A stretch of DNA of 64,000 nucleotides from Acetobacteraceae bacterium (GTDB taxonomy: Bacteria > Pseudomonadota > Alphaproteobacteria > Acetobacterales > Acetobacteraceae). The stretch's first letter is position 1, and each line of letters opens with the position of its first letter. The translations under genes were made by a program, and so were the position numbers. Shown piece by piece: positions 30,362 to 40,788 of the stretch. The stretch is from the NCBI GenBank assembly GCA_033582875.1, contig JAVQZW010000005.1, positions 5,655-69,654 on the forward strand, read 5' to 3'. The notes under the pieces were generated by a model. That model did not search any database. It was not told the origin of the DNA and was given only the letters and a program-made list of their open reading frames with translations.

Positions 30362-30984
30362 TCAGTTCTGCGCGAGTTCCTTCTGCTCCAGCGCGCTCAA
30401 CTGCCGCCGCATCGCATCCAGCAGAGCGACTCGAGGCGGCCGCCCCCTCGCTGGATGACCGCGCCGTACTCGGAGCGCTGGGTGATCCGCAGCGACGTAC
30501 CTTCGGCGACCAGATCGACGATCAGCGGCCGGCCGGAGGCGAAGGACACCAGCCAGTCGAGCTGAACCGGCGCCTGGCCCGGCTGCTCGACCATGGTGGT
30601 GACCAGCACGCCCTCCTCGCCGCGCGGCTGGGCGCGGGTCACCGCGAACCTGAGCCCCCTCAGTTCGCCGAATCGGGCCGAGAGGTTTCGGATCAGGGTC
30701 GCCTCGAACAGGCTGAGATACTCGGCCCGCTCGGCCTCGCTTGCGGTGCGCCAGTGCCGCCCGAGAACGAACTGGGCCACGCCGCGCACGTCGACGGCCT
30801 CGCGCAGGATGGCGGCCACGCGGTCTCGCTTCTCGGCGAGCGGGGAGTCGCTGTCGAGCACCTCTTTCAGCGCCCTGCCGCGGGTTTCGATGAAGGCGGC
30901 AGCCGTGGCTGGGTCGTTTGCCCGGGCCGGCCGGCCAGCAGCGATGGCGAGGGCCGCAATCAGGGTTCGGCGGGACAGGACCAT
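30362..30984 (-). CDS. mlaC: MlaC/Ttg2D phospholipid-binding protein (frameshift ~30425)
   Basis: FVLGRHWR, IVDLVAEGTSL..TQRSEY. Adjacent to mlaA. Confidence 0.85.
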
Positions 30985-31046
30985 CCTCGAAATCTCCTCA
31001 CCGATCGGCGCGACGGACGGCCGTCCCGCCCCTCGACCGGCCGGTG

Positions 31047-31811
31047 TCAGCGGTCATCGACGAAACGGCGTGCTGCGGGGCGGCCCTCGTTGCGGATGTC
31101 CCGCTCGCGCCGCTGCAGATACACCGAACGGAGGGCGGAATAGAAGTCGAGGCTCTGTGCGCGCAACGCATCGATCGGTTCGATCAGTTGTTCGCGGCCG
31201 TCGATCGCCTGGACCGCGTAGCGCCCGAGCCGCAGCGCCTGCACCTGGTCGCCCTGCCCGACCCAGTTCCAGGGATCCATGGCCATGTCGATCGGAAGGG
31301 CGAAGGCATCGCGCAACGTGGAGGGGCCGAGGATCGGCAGCATGAGGAACGGCCCGCCATTCGTCGTGCCGGCCCACACGGCCAGGGTCTGGCCGAAGTC
31401 CTCGAACTGAGGCTCCAACCCCATCTCTGAGGCGACGTCGAAAATGCCGAGGACGCCGAGCGTCGAGTTGATGAGGAACCGCGCGATGGACTTTGCGGCG
31501 TCGTCCGGCCTGCCTTGGAGAAGCTGATTGGCGGCGGTGCGGGGCACGAGCAGGTTGTCGATGACATTGCCCACCCCGGTGCGAACGGGCTTCGGCACCA
31601 GGGTCCGGTAGGTTTCGGCGGCGGGGCGGAACAGGAGGTGGTCGAACGCCTCGTTGAAGGCGAAGACCGCGCGGTTCAGCGGCTCGAGGGGGTCGTTGCG
31701 CTCGAAATATTCCGCCCTCGCCTCCGGATCGGACTGGGGCGGCACGGTCGCGCAGCCGGAGACGACAAGGGCAAGCGCGAAGGCGTGGGCAATGAGGCGC
31801 GGGCGCGACAT
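31047..31811 (-). CDS. mlaA: MlaA/VacJ lipoprotein
   Basis: Lipobox VSGC, DPLEPLNR, RFLINST.G, EDFGQTL..W, LPILGPST.RD. Confidence 0.93.
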   Translation of the reverse strand: MSRPRLIAHAFALALVVSGCATVPPQSDPEARAEYFERNDPLEPLNRAVFAFNEAFDHLLFRPAAETYRTLVPKPVRTGVGNVIDNLLVPRTAANQLLQGRPDDAAKSIARFLINSTLGVLGIFDVASEMGLEPQFEDFGQTLAVWAGTTNGGPFLMLPILGPSTLRDAFALPIDMAMDPWNWVGQGDQVQALRLGRYAVQAIDGREQLIEPIDALRAQSLDFYSALRSVYLQRRERDIRNEGRPAARRFVDDR

Positions 31812-32014
31812 GCAGCGATGACCCCTCAGAGCGAACACGACGGTCGACCGGATTCGGCCTGGCCGGCAGTGCGCCGGATCACAGCGCGCCTCCCCGCATC
31901 GGCCGCGGGCCCGCGCGCGAGACTGCGCCCGAACCCCTTAGCAAAGCGTATAGCGTCGGCGCTGTGTGCGCGACGATGGAAAACCTGGCTGCCCCGGCGC
32001 GTCCCGGGCATCGC

Positions 32015-32497
32015 TCAGCCGCGGGCGCGGAGCAGCCGCGCCTTCTCCCGCTGCCAGTCGCGCTCCTTGATCGCCTCGCGCTTGTCGGCCTTCTTCCTGC
32101 CCTCGGCGAGGCCAAGCAGCACCTTCGCCCGGCCGCGGTCGTTGAAATGGATCTGCAGCGGCACGAGCGTCGCCCCCTCGCGAGTCACCGCGCCGATCAG
32201 GGTCCTCAGCTGTTTCTTATGCACGAGCAGCTTGCGCGGGGCGCGCGGCTCGAAGCGCGACAACACCCCGCCCTGATACTCGGGGATGTAGACGTTGAAC
32301 AGCCAGAGTTCGCCGTCGCGCTCGCCCGCCCAGGCTTCGGACAGGGTCGCACGGCCGTGGCGGAGGCTTTTGACCTCCGGGCCCTTGAGCACGATCCCGG
32401 CCTCGATCGTCTCCTTGATCGCGTAGTCGTGGCGCGCCCTTCGGTTCTGCGCCACCACGCCGCGCGCGATCAGCCCCGGCTTGCCGTCCTTGGCCAA
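32015..32497 (-). CDS. smpB: SsrA-binding protein
   Basis: NRRARHDY, EAGIVLKGPEVKSLR, RKLLVHK, GRKKADKRE. Confidence 0.97.
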   Translation of the reverse strand: MAKDGKPGLIARGVVAQNRRARHDYAIKETIEAGIVLKGPEVKSLRHGRATLSEAWAGERDGELWLFNVYIPEYQGGVLSRFEPRAPRKLLVHKKQLRTLIGAVTREGATLVPLQIHFNDRGRAKVLLGLAEGRKKADKREAIKERDWQREKARLLRARG

Positions 32498-32504
32498 GCA
32501 CGCC

Positions 32505-33386
32505 TCAGTTCAGCAGTCCCACTTCGACCAGCGCCGCCCGCACCTTCGCGCGCGAAGCCTCGCCGAGGGGCGCGAGCGGGAGGCGCGCCGTCTCCTCGCA
32601 CTTGCCGAGGAGGTGGGCAGCGTACTTCACCGGCCCGGGCGAGGTCTCGCAGAACATGGCGTCGTGGAGCGGGGCGAGCCGCGCCTGGATCGCCATCGCC
32701 CGCTTCGCATCGCCCTCTGCCCAAGCCGTCTGCATCTCCGCACACAGCCTGGGGGCAACGTTGGCCGTGACCGAGATGCACCCCACTCCGCCCGCGGCGT
32801 TGAAGGCGATCGCCGTGTGGTCTTCGCCGGAGAGCTGGATGAAGTCGGGCCCGCACGCCCGGGCCTGGGCGAGGGGGCGGGCGAGGTTGGCGGTCGCGTC
32901 CTTCACGCCGACGATGTTCGGGATCCGGGCCAGCCGCGCCATGGTCTCGACCGTCATATCGACCGCGCTCCGCCCGGGTATGTTGTAGATGAAAATCGGG
33001 ATATCGACGGCTTCGGCGATTGCCTTGAAGTGGAGGAAGAGCCCCTCCTGGGTCGGACGGTTGTAGTAAGGGGTGACGATCAACGCCGCATCCGCCCCGG
33101 CCTGCTTCGCATGCCGGGTGAGGTCGATCGCCTCCTCCGTGCTGTTCGATCCCGTGCCCGCCATCACCGGCACTCGCCCCGCCGCCGCCTCGATGCAGAG
33201 CTCCACCACCCGCTTGTGCTCGGCATGGCTCAAGGTCGGCGACTCGCCCGTGGTGCCCACGGGAACAAGGCCGTGCGTGCCTTCGGCGATCTGCCACTCG
33301 ACGAAGTCTTGGAACGCCCGCTCGTCGATCGACCCGTCGCGCCGCATCGGCGTGATGAGGGCGACGAAGGAGCCCCTGAAGCGCAT
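32505..33386 (-). CDS. dapA: 4-hydroxy-tetrahydrodipicolinate synthase
   Basis: ALITP, GTTGES, TPYYN, YNIPGR, GVKDAT, LSGED, ISVTAN. Confidence 0.96.
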   Translation of the reverse strand: MRFRGSFVALITPMRRDGSIDERAFQDFVEWQIAEGTHGLVPVGTTGESPTLSHAEHKRVVELCIEAAAGRVPVMAGTGSNSTEEAIDLTRHAKQAGADAALIVTPYYNRPTQEGLFLHFKAIAEAVDIPIFIYNIPGRSAVDMTVETMARLARIPNIVGVKDATANLARPLAQARACGPDFIQLSGEDHTAIAFNAAGGVGCISVTANVAPRLCAEMQTAWAEGDAKRAMAIQARLAPLHDAMFCETSPGPVKYAAHLLGKCEETARLPLAPLGEASRAKVRAALVEVGLLN

Positions 33387-33508
33387 GGTCTCGCCCGTTC
33401 GTTCTTGGTCGCTACGGTCACCCTGGACCGTGTCGGCGCCCCTGTCCACCCGTGCGCCGCGCAGGCCGCGCTTGTGCCGCCCTCCATCGAGCCCATACAA
33501 CCGAGCGC

Positions 33509-35447
33509 ATGAGGAGGTGCACGAGTTCTCGCGCTTCTCGGCTGGCTCGTCCCTGCCCTGGCGATGGCGCAGGGGCTCGATCCCGCCTGCCGCGCTGCGC
33601 TCGCCGCCGCCTCCGCCGGACGGGCGTTCGAGACGCGGGCCTGCGCCGACCCGGCCGCGGCCACCGCGATCACGTGGCTCAGGCTGCAAGGAGGGCCGGC
33701 CACGGCCGGCGAACTCGCCCGATTTCTCGCCGACCATCCCGACTGGCCGGCCGGCCCCGCCTTGCTGCGACGGGCCGAGGAGGCGCATGCGGCGCTCGCG
33801 GACGACGCTGCCGTCCGCCGGTGGTTCTCCGCTCATGCCCCGCAGACCACGCCGGGGCGTCTGCGCTTCGCCGAGGCGCTCGAAGCCTTAGGCCGTGCCG
33901 CCGAAGCCGCGGCGCAGCGCCGCGCGGCCTGGGTTGATCTGCCGGCGAACCCGGCCGAGGAGCGCGCCTTTCTCGAGCGATGGGGCAGCGTGCTCCGCCC
34001 CGAGGATCATGCCGCGCGGGCCGATCGCTTGGCCTGGGCGCGCGACGCGGAGGGCCTGCGGCGGATGCTCGCCCTGCTCGATCCCCGCCGCCAAGCGGTC
34101 GTTCGCGCCCGGCTCGAGGCCCTCGCCGGCGCGGAGGGCGAGTTCGGCTTCACTCCGGAACTGCGGACCGACCCGATCGTGTTCCTGGAACGCGCGCGCG
34201 CCCTGCGCCGCCAGGAGCGCGACCTCGAGGCCGCGCGCTTCTGGCTTGAGGCCGGTGCGACGGCGCAAGAGGCGGCCGGCGCGGGACGTCTGCAGCCCTT
34301 CTGGGACGAGCGGCAGATCGTCATCCGCCGCCTGATCCGCCATCGCGAGGACCGGCTCGCCGACCGCCTTGCCGCTGCGCACGGCGTGCCGCCGCGGGAG
34401 GACGTTGCCTTTCTCGAGGCCGAATTTCTCGCCGGCTGGATCGCGTTGCGCCGCCTCGGCGAACCCGACCGCGCGCTGCGCCACTTCACCGCGCTCGAAC
34501 GGGCCGCCACCGCGCCGATCAGCCGCGCCCGCGGCGCCTATTGGCGCGGCCGCGCCCTGGTCGCGGCGGGACGCGAGGCGGAGGCGCGCGCCGCTTGGGC
34601 AGAGGCCGCCCGCTTTCCCTTCACCTTCTACGGCCAACTCGGCGCGCTTGCCGCCGGCGAAACCGAGACCGCGCTTCGCGCGCGCATCCGCTCCGCCGCC
34701 GACCCGCTTCCCGACCCCGATCACGCCGCGCTTTGGGAGCGTCGAGACCTCGCCCGCGCCGCTGTCTTCCTCGCCGACGTGGGGGACGCGCGGCGGTCCC
34801 GCCAGCTCCTGCTCCGCCTCGCCGACCTCGCCCCGGACGACGGCGACCGCGCTTTGGCAGCCCACCTCGCCCTGAGGCTCGGCCAGGCCGACACGGCGGT
34901 GTGGATCGCGCGCCGGGTGCAGGCCCGCCACGGGACCGTGCTGCCCGAGGCCGGCTGGCCGGCGCCGTTCGTCCCGCCCCCGGGGGTCGACCCGGCCCTC
35001 GCCCTCGCCGTGATGCGGCAGGAAAGCAACTTCGAGGTCACCGCGGTCAGCCCCGCCGGGGCGCGGGGACTGATGCAGCTGATGCCCGCAACGGCGCGCG
35101 CGATGGCGCGCGAACTCGGCGAGCCCTCGCTTGCCAACCGGCTGTTCGAACCGCTGCCCAACATGACGCTCGGGACCGCCTATCTCGCCAAGCGGCTGGA
35201 GGAGTTCGACCGCGCGGTGCCCCTTGCTCTTGCCGCCTACAACGCCGGCGCGCACCGGGTCCGGCAGTGGCTGGGCCAGTTCGGCGACCCGCGCGTGGGC
35301 GAGATCGACCCCCTGGATTGGATCGAGCTGATCCCGTTCTCGGAGACCCGGACCTACGTCATGCGCGTGATCGAAAGCGCGACGATCTACGAGGCGCGGT
35401 CGGGGAGTGCGGTCTCTCCTCACCCGGTGCTGGCGATGCGGCGATGA
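33509..35447 (+). CDS. Soluble lytic murein transglycosylase (Slt70-like); probable frameshift in signal peptide
   Basis: [33 protein letters not shown]. The signal peptide [18 protein letters not shown] is out of frame with ATG 33509. Confidence 0.9.
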
Positions 35448-36151
35448 GCGGGGTGCTGGCGCGCACGAAGGCGATCGTCTTCTCCGGACACGGCACGGTG
35501 TTCGACGGCGCCGGCGCGGTTCGCTTCGCAGCCGACGTGCTCGGCGAGTCCGCTGGCCCGCTCGCGGCACTCTGGGAGGCCAAGCGCTTCGAATACGCTT
35601 GGATGTCGCAGCTCACCGGGCGACGCACCGATCTGTGGGAAGTCACGGGCGAGGCGCTCGATCACGCGATGAGCGCCTTGGGCCTTCCCGCCAACCCGCT
35701 GCTGCGGGCTCGGCTGATGCAGGGCATGCTGCAGGCACCGCCCTTCCCGGACGTGCGCCCTGCCCTGCTCGCCCTGCGCGAGGCGCGCAGCCGCCCCCTC
35801 GCCGTCCTGTCCAATGCCTCGGTCTCGATGCTGGTGGCGGCGGCGAAGGCCGGGGACCTCTATGCGCTGTTCGATGCCCTGCTCTCCGCCGAGCCGACCG
35901 GCTCGTTCAAGCCCGCCCCGCAGGTCTATGCGCTGGCCTCGGCCCGCTTCGGCCTCGCGCCTGCCGACATCCTCTACGTCTCGGCCCATCCTTGGGATGT
36001 CGCGGGGGCCGCTTCGGCGGGGCTGACCGCGGTCTGGCTCGACCGCGCCCGCCGGGGCCGCGGCGAGTTCGCCTGGGCGCCGCCGGCGGCGGTGATCTCC
36101 TCGCTCGCCGACCTCCCCGCCCTGGTGGCGGACCTGCCCCGGGCGGCGTGA
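35444..36151 (+). CDS. Haloacid dehalogenase type II-like HAD protein, motif I atypical
   Basis: FSGHGTVFD (cf. FDxYGTLFD), LSNA, FKPAP.VY, VSAHPWDVAGA. Confidence 0.82.
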   Translation: MSGVLARTKAIVFSGHGTVFDGAGAVRFAADVLGESAGPLAALWEAKRFEYAWMSQLTGRRTDLWEVTGEALDHAMSALGLPANPLLRARLMQGMLQAPPFPDVRPALLALREARSRPLAVLSNASVSMLVAAAKAGDLYALFDALLSAEPTGSFKPAPQVYALASARFGLAPADILYVSAHPWDVAGAASAGLTAVWLDRARRGRGEFAWAPPAAVISSLADLPALVADLPRAA

Positions 36152-36990
36152 GCCCGCGCCTCGTCCGCCTCTCGGCGTCCGATGGGCTTGCGCTGGCGGC
36201 GCGGCTTTGGGGCGAGCCGTCCTCCCGCACGCCCCTGCTGTGCCTGCCCGGGCTCGTGCGCACGGGTGGGGATTTCGCGCGCCTCGCCGCCCGCCACGCC
36301 AAGGACCGCTTCGTCGTTGCGCTCGACTACGCCGGGCGAGGGCTCTCGCAACGGGCGAGAGACTGGCGACGCTACCGGCCGGAGCGGATCCTCGCCGACG
36401 TGCTCGATCTCTGCGCCGCCCTGCAGCTTGCTCGCGTGGTCGTGCTGGGCACCTCGCTTGGGGGCCTGCTCGCGATGGGGATGGCGGCTGCACGACCGCG
36501 GCTGCTCGCCGCCGTGGCTCTGAACGACATCGGGCCCGAGGTCGGGGGCGCGGGGCTCGCCGCGGTGAAGGCGCTGGTCGGGAGAGAGCACGTCTTCCCG
36601 TCTCTCGAGGACGCCGCCGCCTGGCTTCGGGCCAACCTGCCATGGCTGTCGCTGACCACCGCCGAGGAATGGCGCGAATTCGCCGCGCTCACGGTGGCCC
36701 GAGCACCTGACGGAACGTGGCGAAGCCTCTGGGACCCGCGGATCGCGCGCACTCTGGAGGACGCCCAAGGGCGCGATCTTTGGCCGCTGTTCGGAGCGCT
36801 CGCGCATCTGCCGGTGCTTCTCGTGCGCGGCGGCGCATCCGACGTGCTGACGGCGGCGACGGCGCGGCGCATGAAGGACGCGAAGCCCGATCTCGCCGAA
36901 CTTGTCCTCGATGGCGTCGGCCATGCCCCCACCTTGTCCGAGCCCGCCCTCGCGCCGGCGGTCGATGCCTGGATCGCCGCGTTGCCGTGA
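36148..36990 (+). CDS. Alpha/beta fold hydrolase
   Basis: CLPGL.R, DYAGRG.S, GTSLGG, NDIGPE, RG..SDVL, GHAP. Confidence 0.9.
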   Translation: MSPRLVRLSASDGLALAARLWGEPSSRTPLLCLPGLVRTGGDFARLAARHAKDRFVVALDYAGRGLSQRARDWRRYRPERILADVLDLCAALQLARVVVLGTSLGGLLAMGMAAARPRLLAAVALNDIGPEVGGAGLAAVKALVGREHVFPSLEDAAAWLRANLPWLSLTTAEEWREFAALTVARAPDGTWRSLWDPRIARTLEDAQGRDLWPLFGALAHLPVLLVRGGASDVLTAATARRMKDAKPDLAELVLDGVGHAPTLSEPALAPAVDAWIAALP

Positions 36991-37448
36991 CGCGGGCGAT
37001 CGCCTCCCTGTTCGGCGCGGGCTTCCTTCGCCCCGCGCCGGGAACCTGGGGCTCCCTGGCTGCGCTTGTGCCAGGGGCGGCGGTGCTCGCTTGGGTCGGG
37101 CCGATCGCCGTCCTGGCCGGGGCGGGTCTGATCGCTGCTGCGGGATGGTGGGCGGTGGCGGTGGAGCTCGCGCGCGACGGCGAGGAGGACCCGGAGTGGA
37201 TCGTGATCGACGAGGCGGCCGGGCAGTGGCTCGCGCTGGCGGGACTGCCAGGATTCGGCTGGGTCGGGGTCGCCCTCGCCTTCGCCCTCTTCCGCCTGTT
37301 CGACATCGCCAAGCCCGGCCCCGTCGGCTGGGCGGACCGTCGGCGGGGGGCGACGGGGGTGATGCTGGATGACCTCGCGGCCGGGGCGCTCGCCGCGCTC
37401 GCGCTGCTGCTCTCGCGCCTCCTCGCCCCGCCGGGCCTTCTTCCATGA
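36987..37448 (+). CDS. pgpA: Phosphatidylglycerophosphatase A
   Basis: PAPGTWGS, DP..IVIDE..GQW, FRLFDIAKP, GVMLDD..AG. Confidence 0.93.
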   Translation: MTRAIASLFGAGFLRPAPGTWGSLAALVPGAAVLAWVGPIAVLAGAGLIAAAGWWAVAVELARDGEEDPEWIVIDEAAGQWLALAGLPGFGWVGVALAFALFRLFDIAKPGPVGWADRRRGATGVMLDDLAAGALAALALLLSRLLAPPGLLP

Positions 37449-37937
37449 TCCCGCCTGATGTGCTCGCCGAGGCGGAGTCGCTGCTCGCGGCGTATCGCTC
37501 AGCGAGGCTCAGGCTCGCGACGGCCGAGTTCGTGCACCGGCGGGCTGATCGCCGCCGTGCTGACCGCCATCCCAGGCTCCTCCGACGTGCTGGAGAGGGG
37601 CTTCGTCACCTACTCGAACGAAGCGAAAACCGACCTGCTCGGCGTCGATGCCGGGCTGATCGCGCGCGTCGGCGCCGTCTCAGCCGAGGTGGCGGAGGCG
37701 ATGGTGCAGGGCGCGCTCGCCCGGTCGCGGGCGGACGTCGCACTCGCGGTGACGGGGATCGCCGGTCCGGGCGGAGGGACCCCAACGAAGCCGGTCGGCC
37801 TCGTCTTCCTCGCCGGGATCAGGGCCGGCGGCCCGCCGCGGGTCGAGCGCCACGTCTTCTCGGGGGACCGGGGGTCGGTCCGGCTCGCCTCGGTCCGCTC
37901 CGCCTTCGCCCTCGCGCGCGGCCTTCTTGCGGCCTAA
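37445..37937 (+). CDS. cinA: CinA C-terminal domain / nicotinamide-nucleotide amidohydrolase PncC (frameshift ~37528)
   Basis: TAE-SCTGG split by a frameshift, GFVTYSNEAK, GAVS, TGIAGPGG, KPVG. Confidence 0.88.
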
Positions 37938-38740
37938 CCCCAGTTCGGTGGGCGCTTGTCGAGGAAGGCGCCGATCCCCTCCACCGCCGCCGGGTCGAGA
38001 AGCTGCTCCACCATCACGCAGGCGGCGTCGCGATAGGCCTCGGCGAGCGGGCGGCCTTCCTGGCGCAGGAACGCCGCCTTGCCGCCCTGGACGACGGAGG
38101 CGGGGCGGCCAGCGATCTTCTGCGCCAACGCCTTGGCCTCGGCGAGGGCTTGGCCGTGGGGCACGACGCGGTTGACGAGCCCGATGCGGTGGGCGTGGGC
38201 CGCGTCCACCATCTCACCCGTGAACAGCATCTCGAGCGCGTGGCGTCGGGAGACCGCACGCGAGAGGGCGACCGCCGGCGTGGCGCAGAAGAGGCCGATC
38301 GCCACGCCGGGCGTGCAGAACCGCGCGCCTTCGCCCGCCACTGCGAGGTCGCAGGTGGCGACGAGCTGGCAGCCGGCGGCGGTGGCGATGCCCTCGACCG
38401 CGGCGATGGTGGGCTGGGGCAGGGTGGCGAGGGCCTGCATCACCGCCGCGCATTTCGCCATGGTGGCCTGGAAGAAGGCACGCCCGCCGTCCGGGTCGGC
38501 GCGACGGGCGGTCAGTTCGCGCAGGTCGTGCCCGGCGCAGAACGCCGGCCCCTCCCCCGCCAGGACCACCGCGCGGACCGCCCCGTCGCCCCGGATCTGC
38601 GAGAACTCCGCCTCCAGATCCTCGAGCAGGGCGAAGGAGAGGGCGTTGCGTGCCTCCGGGCGATTGAGGGTCACGATCGCAACCCTTCCTTCCCGCTCGA
38701 CCCTGAGGCGCCGTTCGGCGACCACCGTTCCTTCCGGCAT
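37934..38740 (-). CDS. Enoyl-CoA hydratase/isomerase family protein
   Basis: LNRPEARNAL, FCAGHDL, ATAAGCQLVATCDL, IGLFC.TP, EGIGAFL.KR.P.W. Confidence 0.92.
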   Translation of the reverse strand: MPEGTVVAERRLRVEREGRVAIVTLNRPEARNALSFALLEDLEAEFSQIRGDGAVRAVVLAGEGPAFCAGHDLRELTARRADPDGGRAFFQATMAKCAAVMQALATLPQPTIAAVEGIATAAGCQLVATCDLAVAGEGARFCTPGVAIGLFCATPAVALSRAVSRRHALEMLFTGEMVDAAHAHRIGLVNRVVPHGQALAEAKALAQKIAGRPASVVQGGKAAFLRQEGRPLAEAYRDAACVMVEQLLDPAAVEGIGAFLDKRPPNWG

Positions 38741-38760
38741 GGCCTCCTCCCTCTCCTTGG

Positions 38761-39837
38761 TCAGCGCCCGAGGATAGCGCGGATCTCGGCGGCCGCCTCC
38801 TCGATCATCTCGCCCGTGACGTCGAGATGGGTGGCGGCGCGGCAGCGCCCGCCGAGCACGCTGATCCGGATCCCCCGCGCGGCAAGCCGGGCAGCGAGCG
38901 CCTCCGGGGCCATCCCGGCGCCCGTCGGGTCGAAGAAGACGAGGTTGGTCTCCGGGGCCTGCACGGTCATGCCCTCGATCGCGCCCAGCCGTTCGGCGAG
39001 CAGCCGGGCATGGGCGTGGTCCTCCGCCAGGCGCTCGACGTGATGATCGAGGGCGAAGAGGCAGGCGGCGGCGATCACGCCCGCCTGCCGCATCGCCCCT
39101 CCCATGCGCTGCTTCCACCGCCAGGCCTCGTCGATGAAGCTCCGCGAGCCGCACAGCACCGCGCCGACCGGCGCCCCGAGCCCCTTGGAGAAGTCCAGCC
39201 AGACGCTGTCGAAGCCGTGCGCGAGGTCGGCAGCGGGCATCCTGAGGGCGACGGCGGCGTTCATCAGCCGTGCCCCGTCCATGTGGGTGGCAAGCCCCGC
39301 CTCGCGCGCGACCGCGACCACGGCCGCAAGCTCTTCTGGCCGCCACACCGTTCCCCCCGCGATGTTCGCCGTCTGCTCCACCGCAACGAGGCTCTGGGGC
39401 GGAGCGTAGCGGCTTTTCGGGCGCAGCGCGGCGCGCAGGGCGTCGGCGGAGAAAATGCCGCGCTCGCCTTTCAGCCCGCGCACCGCCGCCCCCGCATTGG
39501 CCCAGGGGCCGCCGTGCTCGGAGGTGACGATGTGCGCCGTCTCGTGGGCGAGGATCTCGTCCCCGGGCCGGCAATGGACGCGGATCGCGATCTGGTTCGC
39601 CATCGTTCCCGAGGGGAGGAACACCGCAGCCTCCGTGCCGAGGAGAGCGCACATGCGGTCGCAGAGGGTCCAGACGGTCGGGTCGTCGCCGAACTGCTCG
39701 TCGCCGACCGCGGCGCGCGCCATCGCCTCGCGCATCGCGGGCGTCGGCTTGGTCTGGGTGTCGGAGAAGAGATTGATCCGCGGCGGCGGAAGGCGCGGGT
39801 CGGGCCGGGCGGGGGTGTAGGAAAGCGGGTTCGGCAT
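38761..39837 (-). CDS. ltaE: Low-specificity L-threonine aldolase
   Basis: SDT.T.PT, VGD..GDDPT, SGTMAN, HMDGAR, FSKGLGAPVG, GGAMRQAG. Confidence 0.9.
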   Translation of the reverse strand: MPNPLSYTPARPDPRLPPPRINLFSDTQTKPTPAMREAMARAAVGDEQFGDDPTVWTLCDRMCALLGTEAAVFLPSGTMANQIAIRVHCRPGDEILAHETAHIVTSEHGGPWANAGAAVRGLKGERGIFSADALRAALRPKSRYAPPQSLVAVEQTANIAGGTVWRPEELAAVVAVAREAGLATHMDGARLMNAAVALRMPAADLAHGFDSVWLDFSKGLGAPVGAVLCGSRSFIDEAWRWKQRMGGAMRQAGVIAAACLFALDHHVERLAEDHAHARLLAERLGAIEGMTVQAPETNLVFFDPTGAGMAPEALAARLAARGIRISVLGGRCRAATHLDVTGEMIEEAAAEIRAILGR

Positions 39838-40016
39838 GCTGTCGCAGGCAAGGGGAGGGCAACCGCGGCCTCTCTGCCCGGGAAAAGCGGTCGCGTCGAT
39901 GGGTCGGCCGTCACGCCGGCGTCAAATCGCCATCCAGGGCTTGCCGAAGGCGAAACGGTTCCGACACACTGTCGTTCTCCGGCCCGAAACGGTCGGGCAG
40001 GGAGAGGAGGCGACGC

Positions 40017-40196
40017 ATGAACGTCCAGCAACGGCTCGCGACCCTGAGCAGCCGCCACGCCGCCCTTGAGGAGAAGCTCGCATCCGAACTGGGCCGTCCG
40101 CGCGCGGACGAGGCCGAGGTGGCGCGGCTCAAGCGCGAGAAGCTGCGACTGAAGGAGGAGATGGAGCGGCTGAAGCGCGAGACCGGCGCCACGTGA
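40017..40196 (+). CDS. DUF465/YdcH family small coiled-coil protein (59 aa; below the ORF-track cutoff)
   Basis: GAGGAGG RBS, then MNVQQRLATLSSRHAALEEKLASELGRP...LKREKLRLKEEM. Confidence 0.88.
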   Translation: MNVQQRLATLSSRHAALEEKLASELGRPRADEAEVARLKREKLRLKEEMERLKRETGAT

Positions 40197-40248
40197 GCCG
40201 AGGTCGGGCGGCGGCGTCCGCTTCTGTCCTGCGCCTTGTTCTTTCCGC

Positions 40249-40737
40249 TCACGTCCCCGGCGTCGGCAAGGGCGGTACTGCGACGGGGGCAGCGCCGCGG
40301 GGCAGCGGCGCACCGTAGATCTTCGCGGCACGGCGCTCGAAGGCCGCCACCATCAGCCGCACCGCCTCGTTGAACACCACGCCGATCGCCGCCTGCAGCA
40401 CGCGCGAGCGGAACTCGAAGTCGACGTAGAAGTCGATCATCGTGCCGCCGTCGCGCGGCTCGAACCGCCAGTGGTTGTTGAGGTAGCGGAACGGACCATC
40501 CAGGTAGCGGACGTGGATGGCGTTCGGACGGTCGAGCGTGACGTGGCTGGTGAACCGCTCGCGGAACACCTTGAAGCCGATGGTGAGCTCCGCGATCAGC
40601 AGCCGCTCGTCGCGATGGCGGATGCGCGCGCCCACGCACCAGGGGAGGAATTCCGGATAGCGCCCGACATCCGCGACCAGGTCGAAGAGCTGATCGGGCC
40701 GGTAGGGAAGGAACTTCAGCTGGGCGTGGGTCGGCAT
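40249..40737 (-). CDS. ratA: RatA/PasT (Coq10-like START domain) protein
   Basis: LVADV..YPEFLPWC, ERFTS.V, GPFRYLNN.W.F, MV.AFE.RA. Adjacent to lipA. Confidence 0.9.
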   Translation of the reverse strand: MPTHAQLKFLPYRPDQLFDLVADVGRYPEFLPWCVGARIRHRDERLLIAELTIGFKVFRERFTSHVTLDRPNAIHVRYLDGPFRYLNNHWRFEPRDGGTMIDFYVDFEFRSRVLQAAIGVVFNEAVRLMVAAFERRAAKIYGAPLPRGAAPVAVPPLPTPGT

Positions 40738-40788
40738 GCCGCCTCAATCTAGGCGCAACACGGCTGAAAGAAAGCGGAAACGTGATCG

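Noticed and set aside
40249-40737. RatA as a toxin-antitoxin system with the neighbouring DUF465 gene
   Set aside because: The genes are convergent and there is no RatB. RatA beside lipA is the usual Coq10-like housekeeping arrangement.
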